A stretch of DNA of 63,233 nucleotides, filler included, from Reticulomyxa filosa (Eukaryota; Protista; Foraminifera), in NCBI GenBank assembly GCA_000512085.1. It is 18 parts of 18 records of this genome, joined end to end, with 100 filler letters (N's around TTAATTAATTAA, not from the genome) between each part and the next. Parts side by side here need not be neighbours in the genome. Positions count along the whole stretch, not along the records: positions 1 to 2,690 come from ASPP01003000.1; positions 2,791 to 3,790 come from ASPP01036165.1; positions 3,891 to 4,896 come from ASPP01026764.1; positions 4,997 to 16,234 come from ASPP01004915.1; 14 more parts are not named here. One strand, written 5' to 3'. The notes beneath the pieces were generated by a model that saw only the letters and a list, made by a program, of their open reading frames with translations, did no database searches and was not told where the DNA came from. The stretch's first letter is position 1, and every line of letters starts with the position of its first letter. Below are positions 1 to 13,150 of this stretch, in pieces. Position numbers and translations under genes: made by a program.

Positions 1-299
1 TTCAATGTAAAAAAACTGTTATTATCATCATCAAGTAAAATTGGAAGAAAATGATTGGATTCATTGATTTGAATGTATTTGAAAGAAGATTGAAGTTAAA
101 AGAATATTTTGCTTATTTTTGTGTTTTTTTCTAACAATTTGAATTAATGTGTTGTTTTTACAAGGGCTAGAACACGCTAAGTCCACATTCAGTGCAAATG
201 GTGGAACCTCAAATGAAGAAGACACGTACAAAAATGTTAAAGCAAGTATTACCTTTCCTGATAAGCAAATCCGATATCGAATGAACTCAATCAAAAATG

Positions 300-900
300 C
301 AGAAGAACTAATTTCTGCAGAAACAGATGATTATGCAAGAACAGTCCCATCCGACAATGCGGAATGAATTAGTGACCAAAAAGAGGCGTCAAACCGCTCG
401 TTGGATATCAGAAGACTTTGAAAAAATGCATATTGAATCATTGACTCGAATATTGAAGCGTCTGCAAATGTCAAAACAGAAACGAGCTCAAATTCTTTTT
501 GAAATATTGTAGTGTCAATGAAACAGAAATATTTGGCAATCTCTGCATTGCAACAAAAGATCATGGACAATCAACACTATTTTCACAACTGCATGAGCGT
601 TGATCATATTAAATCTCACAAAGAATCCACAAATCATTACAAGAAAGTATTGTATTTCCGGTATCTTTAGTAGACTCGATATACGTCAAGTGAAAAAAGC
701 AGTGTTCAATTATTTATATCAACTGTAAATAGTCAACAATGCTTCACATCAATTGCTGGTTAATGTCAGTATTCGTTTTTTTCAAAGTGTTGGGATTTGA
801 TGTTAAGTAATGTGTGTTATATGCTATGCAATATCACACTGATTAATACAAAACAAAATAGCCGAAGAAATGCATAAATCTTATTTCTTTTCCAGCACAA
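300..900 (+). repeat. Decayed dispersed repeat, homologous to ~13420-14050
   Basis: By-eye matches: cgctcgttggatatcagaagactttg/catattgaatcattgactcgaatattgaa versus cactcgttgaaatcaaaagactttc/gatattgaaacattgtctcgaatattgaa; gatttgatgttaagtaatgt occurs in both copies. Boundaries approximate. Confidence 0.75.
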
Positions 901-1229
901 GGTTATTGCTGACATAAGTAAAACAATATGCAGAATATGAGCACAAATGATAATGCAAAACATGTTCATTGCCATGACCCTATTGGCGAATATTTCGTCT
1001 TCAAGTCGACTCAACGGAAAAAAAAGAACATCAAATGCAAAAGGATGGCATACGTTTATAAAAAGATGAATCGACGAAAATTGAAATAAGTGAATGTATT
1101 CCAAACATTCAACACGCACGATAATCGCAAGAAAAGATGGAAAAAAGCAATAAAACACAAGTTTCCTTATCGAAAAGATACGTAAATGGATCATCACAGC
1201 AAATTTGACAAAAAAAATACGATTACTAT

Positions 1230-1335
1230 TGTTTAACATTTCGAATATTTTATTATTTGAAATATGTATTGGATTAAAACAAGAAGAGGCAAGTCAGATG
1301 CGATTAACAAGCGTACAACATTCAAATAAGTATGT
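1230..1335 (+). repeat. Inverted, diverged fragment of the gene family at 1726-2690
   Basis: tttgaaatatgtattggattaaaacaagaagaggcaagtcagatgcgattaacaag matches the reverse complement of ~2460-2565; both read LFEICIGLKQE.xSQMRL. Confidence 0.85.
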
Positions 1336-1725
1336 GAACTCAAAAATTCCTCGAGAAAAAATGCAGACATTGCTTTGTCTCTTTTCTTATGATTATCATT
1401 ATTTTGTTCCTTTTTCTTTGTATGTAGTTTAGTTCAGTGAGATTAACCGCAAAAAAAAAAGACATTATTGACTCTTGCTTACGTTGATGCGATTATATAT
1501 TAGTGTAAAGAAATTGTGATAAAATATTGGATTATCTTTTTGTACTTGTAATTGCAAATTTCAAAGAGGAATTTGAACACAAAAAGTTGGTATCTCAATA
1601 AAATAAAAAATATTCAATATTAAGAAAGAGATGGCAATGAAGGAATCACTTGAGGACTTGTTTTACTGCCATTTCATTGTACACTTCATTAAATCTAACT
1701 TTCAATTGCTTTGAAAGGACTTTTA

Positions 1726-2690
1726 TCAACTCTGTGTGACTGAGAGTTTCAATTGGTATGGTACACATTCATTTGATTTATTTCCACTTTTCATTATGTT
1801 TTCTTTGAAGATTGCATTGTAATTTCTTTTTTTAAATACAAAACTCTCTTGATCTCTAAACCATTCATAAATCACACTATCCAAACGAATTCGATATCCA
1901 ACATTGTGACTTCTCAAATAACAATTCTGTGCGTCCGTTTGAATTGAACAATATGGACAATCTTTTACAATTGATTCTACACTTCCCTCACAAGGAAGAT
2001 TATTACTACTACAGTACAAATGTTTCATACTATCATTGCTATCACTGTCTTTCAATATTGTTGCTCTTTTAATATATCGTTTTAACCATTCTTTGCTTTC
2101 ATCAAGGTTTGAACCATTTGATTTGAAATAAGCAATTAAATAGGGTTGAATTAATCCATGCTCATTAACTGAATGAGATTTATTGAAAGGAACTGTTTTC
2201 ATCCATCGATTATCCACTCGCACCAAAACAGAACCCAATATTTTACACAAACCCAAATAAATATAATGACCTTCATAACCAACCATCAAACTCATTTCAC
2301 AACATGAATTTGATGATATTTATTTCAAATTCATCAACCGATTCACTACATTGCAACTCCAATCATCCATCAAATCTGGACATTTATGTTTGAATTCTTC
2401 AACTGTGATATAATCCCAATAAGTTGTCAATTGGACTTGCAATTCTTTCAATCCTTTTTCGTATACGTTTGAATGTTGAACCTCTTGGTAATCGCATCTG
2501 ACTTATTCCTTCCTGTTTTAATCCAATACATATTTCAAACAACAAGAATATTCAAAATGTTAAAAATGAGAATGGATCCCATCCTTCATCAAATTTTTTT
2601 GTATTTGAATTTTCTGCTTTAATTGATGTGATACTTTGACCAGCAGTCCAATACAATAAACTATTTTCAATTAATACTTCTTTTAATTGC
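1726..2690 (-). pseudogene. Disrupted member of a multicopy hypothetical protein family
   Basis: The 189-aa ORF extends upstream only through in-frame stops and a frameshift (WDPFSFLTF*IFLLFEICIG; YEKGLKELQVQLTTYWDY...NLK*ISSNSCCEMSL). Confidence 0.6.
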
Positions 2691-2790
2691 NNNNNNNNNN
2701 NNNNNNNNNNNNNNNNNNNNNNNNNNNNNNNNNNTTAATTAATTAANNNNNNNNNNNNNNNNNNNNNNNNNNNNNNNNNNNNNNNNNNNN
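2691..2790. other. Artificial contig-joining spacer (first of 17; others start at 3791, 4897, 16235, 17678, 18873, 21205, 29339, 30506, 42661, 44494, 50791, 52969, 55319, 56781, 59146, 62076)
   Basis: Identical N44-TTAATTAATTAA-N44 block each time; the 12-mer gives stops in all six frames. Confidence 0.98.
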
Positions 2791-3929
2791 AGTGGAGACG
2801 TTTTAATTTACTCCTTGGCTATGAGCAACTTTTTAAATAATCAAATCCATAACCTGGATCGATTGGGATTTTAAAAATAAACAAAATATATATGTTTACA
2901 TAAAAATAAATTAAATTAACAACTAGTGTATCCTCTAGTACCGTTCTTTTTTTGTTGTTGCGTTTTTGTTTTTCCATACCCTTTTTTTTTAACACGTAGT
3001 CCTATGTTGCTGACATTGAGGTTTTTGTTTTTTGCACATTTCTCATCAAGAGATTCTTTCCCAATCATTTAAGATGAGAAATACTTGTGGTTTTTGTATA
3101 TCCATTGTCTTTTTTTTTTTATTGTTTGAACCATGTTCACTGCAAAAGATATATTTTTTCCACGTAGGATCTAAATCTTATTAAAAACACCTTACCCACC
3201 ATATTATTGTATACTTAGCTATTTGCTGTAATTTGATCAGTTAACAAAATAATAACAGTTTAAAACATTGAGTTAGACTAAGTGTAACGCAAAAGAAGTA
3301 AAATATTATATGAAAATTAAATATTGGCGCTAAAATTTTCCAAAAGAAAAATAAATCATCAAAACACTTGAAAACATTTATTGAAAATATCAAACAATAT
3401 ATGTCATTAGGCATTGTAACTTATTTGATTTTTTTTGGTGACAACATACATTAATGGCTAATTCCAGCGGTCAACGTTGGTGGAACTGAACTTGATTTCT
3501 TTCCGTTCGTTCAAATAATCTATCAAATACAAAAGTTTATTCAGAAGCAGAAGACAAATAGACTATATAAATAAATTTATAAAATCCTACTTGGAATCTA
3601 GATGAACAATTTATTTGCAATGAAATAAATGTCAATCCTTAAGCTTCGCAAGACTTGTGATAATTGTAATGTTGTTATTTTCTGGAAAACTGACTGCTGC
3701 CAAACTAGTATTTCTTGTGTTAAAAAATTAATGAACGTTGTTCAAATATCGAACTTGTCCAATCAATAAGCAGCAAATAACAACAAGATTNNNNNNNNNN
3801 NNNNNNNNNNNNNNNNNNNNNNNNNNNNNNNNNNTTAATTAATTAANNNNNNNNNNNNNNNNNNNNNNNNNNNNNNNNNNNNNNNNNNNNACACACTCTA
3901 TCTCGTTATCATCTTCCGGAGCCACTTCC

Positions 3930-4002
3930 ATGCGGACCGTCATTGCGCTCACTCCTCCACCTAAATCGATCCGTCCTCGTCGCAATAACAAACATAATAA
4001 CA

Positions 4003-4040
<38 letters not shown>

Positions 4041-4821
4041 AATGATGATGATGACGATGACGATGATATCAATAACGATAACGATAACAATAACGATAAT
4101 GATGACGATGACGATAACAATGAACAAGAACGAGAACATGACCACTTGTCCTCTTCTTCCCCCTCCTCCTTTCCTTCATCTGTCTCCTTGCCGAGATCTG
4201 TCTCTTGCGCGCCATCTGCAGCCGACTTATTGCTACTTCAAAGTGCCACACGCATCGCGCAACGCTCTTCCAACTCGGCTCGACTGGATTCGATCGACGA
4301 CCGTTCCAACGGCTCCACAAACGGAGCCACCACCGCGACTGCGGCGGCAATAGCCACAATAGCCGGCCATGTTCGATCCACTTCTCCCACGGACATCAAA
4401 CACACCAAAAAAATATGCGAGTGTGAGCAATACATTAACTGTGACTTCATCGCAATATCTTTGCGCTACTCTACCTAAAAATAGACCCAAACAACAACAA
4501 CAGAAACAGCAACAACAGAAACAACAACAACAACAACGTGCAATAGGCTTTGTTCACAAAATCAAAGCTCCTCACAAAAGGTCCATTAGTGCCGAACGGA
4601 GCTGCTTTTCAAATTATTCGCCCACAAATACCAATCACAATATGCAATTGGACGCTCGAAATGCAAAGTCCTTTTTGGAATCGTTTCGGACACGACATGG
4701 GCCAGTGCTTTGCGATGCACATTTGCATATCCGGTTCAATCAACCTAAACCACGCGATTGGAAAGAACGATACTGTCTCTTGACTGAAACGTTCAAATTG
4801 TTCGTCTTTAAAAACCATTTG
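3930..4821 (+). CDS. Low-complexity protein with the start of a PH domain (partial, spliced)
   Basis: Poly-D/N, S-rich and poly-Q tracts, then CDAHLHIRFNQPKPRDWKERYCLLTETFKLFVFKN, matching the PH beta1-beta3 WK.RY..L pattern. GT donor at ~4822; probable intron ~4422-4484. Confidence 0.6.
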
Positions 4822-4996
4822 GTATGTGCTTACAAATCCAAAAATAAAAAATAAAAAAAAATACGCATATATGTATATGTGTATACATGTATATATNNNN
4901 NNNNNNNNNNNNNNNNNNNNNNNNNNNNNNNNNNNNNNNNTTAATTAATTAANNNNNNNNNNNNNNNNNNNNNNNNNNNNNNNNNNNNNNNNNNNN

Positions 4997-6120
4997 GGTA
5001 CTGTTTGCATATACTTGAGTACCTCCAACAATTTGCTGCTCAAATTGCATCCTATCCAAAATTATATTGCCACAAGCAATCAAAATTGAACTTGATCAAC
5101 CAAAGTATTATAACACGACTTCCAATTCGCCGATGTCATCGCCATCGTTGTCGTCGGATAGATGTGGAAAACTACTTGGATACACAATTGTATATGATAA
5201 CTTCCGGCAAACAAATGAATCGACTCAATACATTGGCAATTGATATCTCGGGAGCAAGCAACAATTGCATTGACTGTCACACCGATGATGATGGAGACAA
5301 TGTAAATTCATGTCTATCGCCAGAATACAGTGCAAATGTGTAGCTACCCAACTCGGTCTCTTGGTATACATATCTACAATTACATTTCAATAATGGATCA
5401 CTTCGTGGTAAATTTTTATAAACCAACATACAATGTAAGAAAAAAACTAGAACACAGTCTACCCGGAGTTGCAATGATGTAAATGTGATCTTACCTTTGG
5501 ACAATGGTAGCAAAAGAATGAAGGAAATAATCCAAATGGATGGAAAACTTTTTCTTGTGTATGCAATTCCTCCATTATTCAAGCTCAAAACAACAATGGA
5601 CATACATATCTTATCCAAACACAAAATCAGAACAATTGAAGAAAAAAAAACTCTACAAAATGACATGGAAATCAAAAAGGTCAATCGGAAATGAAGAATA
5701 AAAGCACTATTTGGAGGTCAGTATGGATGTATGTCATTTGTGTTATATTTTTAGTTGTTATAACATATCTCCATCAAAGCAAACCCTTTGAATGTGAAGT
5801 GATTTACATAGATTTGGAGATTAAGAATGGAAGGGGAGAAGAAAAAAAAAAAAGAAGAATGAAAAAATATTGGATCAATTTTATCAAGAGCATAATGAGC
5901 TATTCGAGCGATAATGGGATCGTATGAAAAGGAAAATCGCAGTGACAAAGTCGCGATACAAAGAAGTGTGTGTCTATTGTAAGAGGCAAGACTTGTGTCC
6001 ACGTCCACACAGAAACAAGGTGGATGAGAGGGTCGACATAATAATTCTCTTGAAGGTGTCGATATGCGTCACACCAAGACGATGAGGCGCAAGTGACAAT
6101 GAAGTATTGTGTAATTATAA
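4997..6120 (-). mobile_element. Truncated second copy of the decayed element at 9620-13150
   Basis: Collinear matches: 5005-5080 with 12115-12200 (acctcc.acaat..gctgctcaaattgc), 5310-5390 with 12460-12540 (tgtctatc..cagaa...cccaactc...ttggta...acaattacat.tcaa) and 5978-6052 with 13060-13130. Confidence 0.7.
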
Positions 6121-9100
6121 GCACATGACACTATCAATCCCAAAATTAAATCTGGCTAATTGGATATTGGTGTTATATGTCTCTGCATGTATAAGCGAGA
6201 TTAACAAGGAAATGATTGAATTGTTTATTCTACGCTTCATTGATTAGTGTCCTTGAAAGAAGATATTGAAATACAGTTAATTTATACAAACACTTTTAAA
6301 AAATATTTATTTATTTGTTTGTATGCTCCCAAAATTGACTGATGACAAAACTTGCTCAAAGTATTATTGCATTATTTGTGTTTTGTTGTTATTTTTTTTC
6401 TAAAGTTACAACAGATATGGCGCAAGCATTGGAAATGATGGAACCAAAATGAAGAAGATAAACAAAAATGTTGACGTGAACACATTCAACTTCTGCATTG
6501 TCTGATGAACAAACCAATTCAAATACATTCTATCAAAATGGAAAAGAACTAATATTTACGGAAAGAAATGGTTCTGAAAGAATAGTGAGATCCTCTGTTT
6601 AAGATGCCATTAGCACACATATTAATCAATGGTAAAAAACAAGAGTTTACGCAGTATATACACGACCAGCAAGTATTAAAAAAATCAAGAATTGTTCAAG
6701 AATGAACTTGAAAGTACGTTGACAAGTGCATGAACTTAAAGAAATGCTATTGCAACTTAAGGAGAACATCGATCTTTGGCTACATGCTGCTCGACATGTG
6801 CGGGAAACTCGAGCGAAATGTGGCTGTGGCTATGCGAGAAGTTCATTTGTGGATGTGTGTAAGTGCAATCAAATTGAGATGCCACTCCAACTTTGGAAAA
6901 TAAAGACTATCGTTCAAATCGACTAGACATTTTGCGAGTTTGGGTTATTACTGAACTTTTCTGAAAACCCTAAAAAAAATCTTGGTGTTGAAAATACTTA
7001 TTTTTGTGTTATTTAATTCAAAAATTTTATCACTTTCTCCAATTTTTGATATTTTCTACAATTTTAAATTTTAAAACATTAAATAGAAAAACTTTTTGTA
7101 CAGCAGCCAATAGACAATTTTCTTCAGATATTTTTTCAACATCAGGATTCACCTTGAAATACTATCTAATTTATAACATAGAAGAAAAAGCTAAGTTCTT
7201 TTTCCAAGTTAGTTATGCTGAAATGTTTTTGTAATTAAAAATTCTTTGTTAAATAAAATAAATTTTTAATCGATTCATTTATTATTAAAAAAATTCAAAA
7301 TACAACATTCTTAATGTCAAAGAACACTTGATCATTAAGACTGTTTATACCTTAAAACTATGAGCATGTGCACAATACAGCAACAGATCCACAGTTCACT
7401 GTCGAATAAAATAAAAACAAAAGGGATGTTATCATATTTTCTTCTAATTGGTACTCACAAACTATTTACATGTTGGCTCGGTGTACTTTCTGAACAGTAT
7501 TGTGTTCATGCTTTCTTTTTTGTTTCATTTTGAAATATGTTTTTCTTTTTTGTTTGTTAAAATTTTTTCACTGTGAAATAACACAAAAAACAAAGTTGGG
7601 CACTATCAAACTTAACTTTAGAAGCTCTTTGCTGTGTTTTCGTTGTAGCAGAGTCGTAAGCAAAACTTAAGAAAAGTTAGAAAGTCATATATGTCAATGA
7701 GCAATAACGTTGTACTAGTTTTCATTTGAAAGCTCTTATTCAAACATGATATGTTTAGACCTTTCTTCAAAAAATTTGTTTAGTTAAAAGTATTTTATTT
7801 TGATGAAATATGTATTAAAATTGCAAATTAAAAATTCCTTTTTTATGAAAATGTGTCGTTGGACAGTTGTAAAAACTCTTTTCTCTTTTCTTGGTGATCA
7901 AAGTTGCATGATGGCCACTCTGTATCAATGTTTTCCCCCAAATAACGCCCAAATCATTAATATGAAAAGTTGGCCGTCAACATCACACAAGCATTTGCAC
8001 AGTCACGTCCAACGGGTGGCAAGTCAATATCAACAACAGTCACATAAATTATCAAATCGGTCAATTAATCAACCATCAGACCAACAAGCACAGCAACTAT
8101 CGCACAAATCATCGACAAACTATAATCACACAAATTGGAAATATATAGATAGTCGATCAAATTCATGCTATCACAATCACTGTATTTGTAAAAAAAAAAT
8201 TTTGTCGCTCGATGTTGTGACCTTGCACTACAGTTACTTTCATTATCTTTCTTTCAATTTAAAAAAATAAAAAAGATATATAGAAGTGTGTAAAAAAACC
8301 TTGATAGCAATAAATGACAATATGTTTCAATTTTATAATAAAAAAAATACAATAGACAGCAAGTTATGACTACCAGAGAAAGTGCTTTGCTCAAGTCAAA
8401 GCACACGTAGGCAAGACTATGCAATCACGAACGATTGTGTTATTGGCGATGCTTGTGTGGAAAGTAGCAAGTATGCTATGTTGGATATTATGAAGGGCAC
8501 TGCTTGTATTGTATTTTGTTGGCTGATGCGATCGTTCAATATCTCTGCCATATTCTCAAATTGTGTCAATTTGCCGGTGCGTTGCTCAATAGTATATCGT
8601 GACGAACTCGATCGCCGCACAAAAAGGCCAGTACGTGGCAGGTCAAAAAGGGTATTATCACCCCAACAACGGCCCAACAAAAAAAAAAATGGCAAGTCGA
8701 TCAATACAATACTGTCAATTGGTATCTCATAAGTTGTTTTCTTGCGTGTATATACGTATGTTAAAAAATGTTTGATTCTTTTTTCAATAGTATATATCAC
8801 GTATAAAAAATAACATAGATGAATGACACGACCACAACGACGACAATACAATGACAACCAGAAACGGGGTAGAAGACAATCCCATCTCCGAAAGGAGCAA
8901 AAGATGTTTGTTATATCTTTTTTTTTATAAAAATATATCAATCTGATGTGTTTATGTATAGGAATCCCCAGTCCTCCAAAACTGTTATCTATTTGCACCC
9001 TTCCCTCCACATACAAAAAAACAATAATGGGGTCGAAGACCACCAGGCCTACTGATAAAAAAAAGCGGTATGTTTTGTTTTATAGTTTTTTTATTAAGTA

Positions 9101-9359
9101 ATGCAATTGTGTTTGTGTGATAATAGTAATATATAGGAATTCCCCCGCATAAAGAAAAAAATTTTTGTTTATTTTTTTCCCCTCCATATATAAACAAATA
9201 AAAATGTGATTTAGTGTTTTTCCACAGAAAAAAAAAGTGAAAGCGCTCAAACTACACAATATGTATGTATATTTGTTATTCTTTAAAAAAATTTTTAAAT
9301 TTTGTTTGTGTAAATAGATATCAAAGATACAAACAAGATCCAGACCAAAGGTAGTTATT

Positions 9360-9600
9360 TTATAAAAAAAATTTGAAAAAGGGTGTTGAAGGAAAAAAAA
9401 AGAATGAATAAAAATGGAAAAAAAAATGAAGAGTAATGTATAAAAGGGGAAAAAAAAGGATAATTATGGATAAAAAGTGGGAAAAAAGAAGAAAATAGAA
9501 AAGATAAAAGAAGAAAATATAAAAGATAAAAGAAGAAAATAGAAAAGAAAAAAGAAAAAAAAAGAATGATAAAAAAGAAATAAAAGAAAAATATATATAA
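9360..9600 (+). repeat. A/G-rich low-complexity tract
   Basis: About 240 nt of aaaag/aaaat units. Confidence 0.85.
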
Positions 9601-9619
9601 ATTATTTTATTTAATGTGG

Positions 9620-12600
9620 AGCTATGTCTCCAAAAAATATTTTTGTTCCGGCGAATGCCGACATTGCCAATGACCCAAAGATAGTACTGTCCAGCTGTAT
9701 GATGTCCAACGTGGGGAAAGCAATCCAAAATCGTTTGTCAAGCATCCGAGTGCTATTGTGCGTTGACACTGGTCGAAACACAAGTGGACATTATATTATT
9801 GTTGGTCAATTTAACCTTTGCAAAAGGAGACATGCTGTGGAATTGCATGTATGTTGTTTGGTGTTGAAGTGAAGACCAATTGCCTATCACCACAATGGAA
9901 ATTTCAAATGCATGCGTCATCTACCTTTACTTGCAATTACATCGTGCCCTTTTATTAGTCGATGGAATCAAATTATCACAACACGTATGGATATAACTGT
10001 AACTTGAGTTGCCATAATAATATGCACAATTTGTATTTGAAACATGCCCCTACAATTGTGTTCACTCGCGTTCTCCTTACATCTCTCACACAAAGCTCCC
10101 ACCTTTGCCCATCAACACCACATACCCGAAGTCCCTTTAAGATCCAGCACGCAGTCCAAGTCGCCATCCTATACAACAACATGCAATGCCTCCTTCATAT
10201 GGACCTATTCCGCTTCAAATGCGATCTTAGTTGTATTCTCCAACCTCGCCCAACTTTTTCTCCAGCTCTATATCCTGCTGTGAAAACACTTTAGCTCCGG
10301 TTATCCATTATGCTCGAGCTGACGGTACTCGTATGCCGGTTTTAGTGGGATGGACTTGCATTGATCTCCTATTTGTATTATCTCGTGCCCAAATTTCTGC
10401 ACAATACTGTGGAAGAAATATTATGTGTTATATGGCCTTCAATCTTCGTCTCTTGCGCTTTATTGTATTGTTATATCCAATCCAGCTGAGCCATTTGCGT
10501 TCATGCCATTGAGAAATAGTAAAGATGTTTCGAGCAATTATTATTTTTCTTGCACGATTGCAACGTGGAATATCCCTCGCATTTCCGGACAAGAGCCTCA
10601 ACTTTGATGTCAATACGAAATCAAACAGTGTCACTATCTCTCGATATTTCTGGCAGGGGAGGGGGGGGGGTCCTACAATGTCTCCACACGCCTTTATGCT
10701 ACAGTTGTGAGGACGATGCGTATTGTGATAGCAAATATAGTTGTTACGAAGTCGTCTCGAAGTATGCATTGTTTTTTGGATTGTGCAGGCTGGATTAATT
10801 GTATCGATAGTAAAAAAGCAAGGGCGTGCTTGTATTACAAGTTGCTTTAAGTACTGAACACGTGACGCAGCGACAAAGACAACCGGTTTCAAGATAAAGG
10901 ATATTGCGAATTGAAGTTGGGCAGTCCATTTATAATGATCGATGTTGTGGCGCATAGAACGTGACGTCGCAGTATCAATTGTGGCAGTCTCGCCATATGT
11001 TATTATTTATCAATGTTTTCATCGAGTGCAACAAAGAAAGTAAATTGAATCTGTAGTTATAATGAAAAGTGTGATTGATTTGTGAAAATGTAATATTATT
11101 TCATTATGGACATGTCACGATACCGAACAGCTAAGCGATTGTCGTGTGGTAGGTGGGCAAAGTTTTGGGTTCGCTGCGGTTCTTTCGTGTAGTCGAATCA
11201 CGTATTGATAACAACAATTGCCTGTTTCAATTTGAGGTTATGTTATGATTCATCTTCTTGTAAAACATTAGCATCAATGCGGTTCGGGGTAGTGAAGATA
11301 TTTCAATGGACTGTCGAAAAGAAATTTGCAATGCACAGGAATTAACGACCATAACATAATCAATAATGTCACCACTTTCGCCATATGCATTTAATCCAAT
11401 TGCTGCTCCATTGTCGCCGCACTTTTTTACCGACGTCAATGCTGATGCAAGTTGCAGCTCGACTACATACAAATTGTGTTGAAAGTGTATGAACATTGGT
11501 TTGGTTGTATTTTTTGGAATAATTTTTAATTTGCCTGCTTGATCGCAAAAGTCTGGTTGATATTTGCAAACCATTTGCACAATATCGTATAGCTTGTCGT
11601 CAATGTTAAAATGTACCATCAGCTCGAGCACGTATTACAAAAATCACCCCCAATCAAATGAATACATCCTCGATAATTGAACGCTGAAATGACGGCAGTG
11701 GTACCATGTAATGTTCACAACGGATTTATTAGAGTCAATAGTGGACTGTGTACTGCGACAACAACTCACAAAACGGTATATCGACAAGCGCAACGGAGGT
11801 GGTGTAATTATATCATTGATATGTACGGAAAAGTCATTTTTTGGCTATTCTCCTGTGGCTACATATTTGAACCACAAGACAGAAGACAGCAATCCAAAAG
11901 ATCTTTTTCCAAATGGAATATCGATTGATATGAAAGATGTAAATATTAAAAATAATTTGTTGGAAGCATCATCGACATATAATACGTATAATTTTTGCTA
12001 TCACCATCACACATTACAGACTATCTTGGCTGTTGTGCAAGCAGTGAGCCTTGCAAGATTTGAATGTTATAGTGAAAGCATTGAACGCCTTATCCTCGAC
12101 AATAGGTGGTATTTGTATTGTTCGCAGACACTTAAGCACCTCCGACAATATCGCTGCTCAAATTGCTTGTCGCCAAATTCGTATTACCATAAGCAATTAA
12201 ATAATCAATCAGTATATTGTAATACTGATTCCAATTCGTCAATGTCAATTGTCGCCTGGATAAATGTACATTGGGCAAAGGCACTGCTAGAAAACTATTC
12301 GAATACAGTTGCATGTGGCAACGTCCGACGAACAGATGGATATGAATCAAGCTCAGCGATGTTCGAAGCCTCTCAACAAATTTGTTGATTGGTATCTCCG
12401 AAGCAAGTCGCAAATACATCGCCGTCACATCGAGGATGAAGGAACAGACGTGAATGCATGTCTATCCACAGAACGCAGCGCAATCATGTCCTTGCCCAAC
12501 TCAATGTTCCCTTGGTACTTATCACAATTACATATCAAACGTGTATTTGTGAATAAGTTTACACGATCAAGGAAAGATAGAACACTTGTACCGGAGTTGT

Positions 12601-13150
12601 TGTGGTGGATACACCTTTAAAAAAATGGTGAAAGTGAATGATGGAGATATTCAAGTGTATGCATATTCTACAGACAATTTTCCTTGGTGATGCAATCCTG
12701 CCATTATTCAATTTCAAACAGAAAATGGATATATGCTTTCCAGAACAATGGGTGGTGAAGGGAAGAGCATATGAAATAGAAAGAAAATAAGAGAAATGGA
12801 CCAGAAGTGAAGAATGCAGCTTTAGTTGAAGGTTAGTGTTGATTTATGTTGTTTGTGTCATATTTTCAATGTTTGTGATATACAATGTGAATATGGATTC
12901 TTTCATTGTGAAGTGTTTTGCTTTAGGTAATGAGAAGTAAAAAAGAAACGAAAAAGCATAGATGAAAATGTCGATAAATGGTGACAATATGGAAGCTGCA
13001 ACTGACCCATGAAAGGGAGACGACGTGATAACATGTCCGATCAAAAAAGTACAGGCCGTCGTGAGAAGCAAGGAGTACTAGTCCATTGAGACAATGTGGA
13101 TGAATATGGCGACACGATAATCTCTTGGATGCGCTGCATGTTTTTTACCA
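9620..13150 (-). mobile_element. Heavily decayed non-LTR retrotransposon-like element (APE-like, RT-like and RNase H-like remnants)
   Basis: Minus-strand remnants in the expected order: NIDDKLYDIVQMVCKYQPDFC (APE N-terminus-like, ~11600), TID...NIDHY (APE C-terminus-like, ~10950), ILKGLRVCGVDG...VRRTRVNTIVG (RT-like, ~10100), YLWVIGNVGIRRNK (RNase H WvpgHvGi.GNE-like, ~9670). Many stops and frameshifts; second copy at 4997-6120. Confidence 0.5.

Noticed and set aside
3839-4359. Poly-S, poly-I and poly-M ORFs on alternative frames and strands
   Set aside because: They are shadows of the (GAT)n coding microsatellite.
9620-13150. Alternative genetic code (stop-codon reassignment) explaining the broken ORFs
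   Set aside because: Intact genes end in ordinary TAA or TGA, and the breaks include frameshifts, which fits decay.
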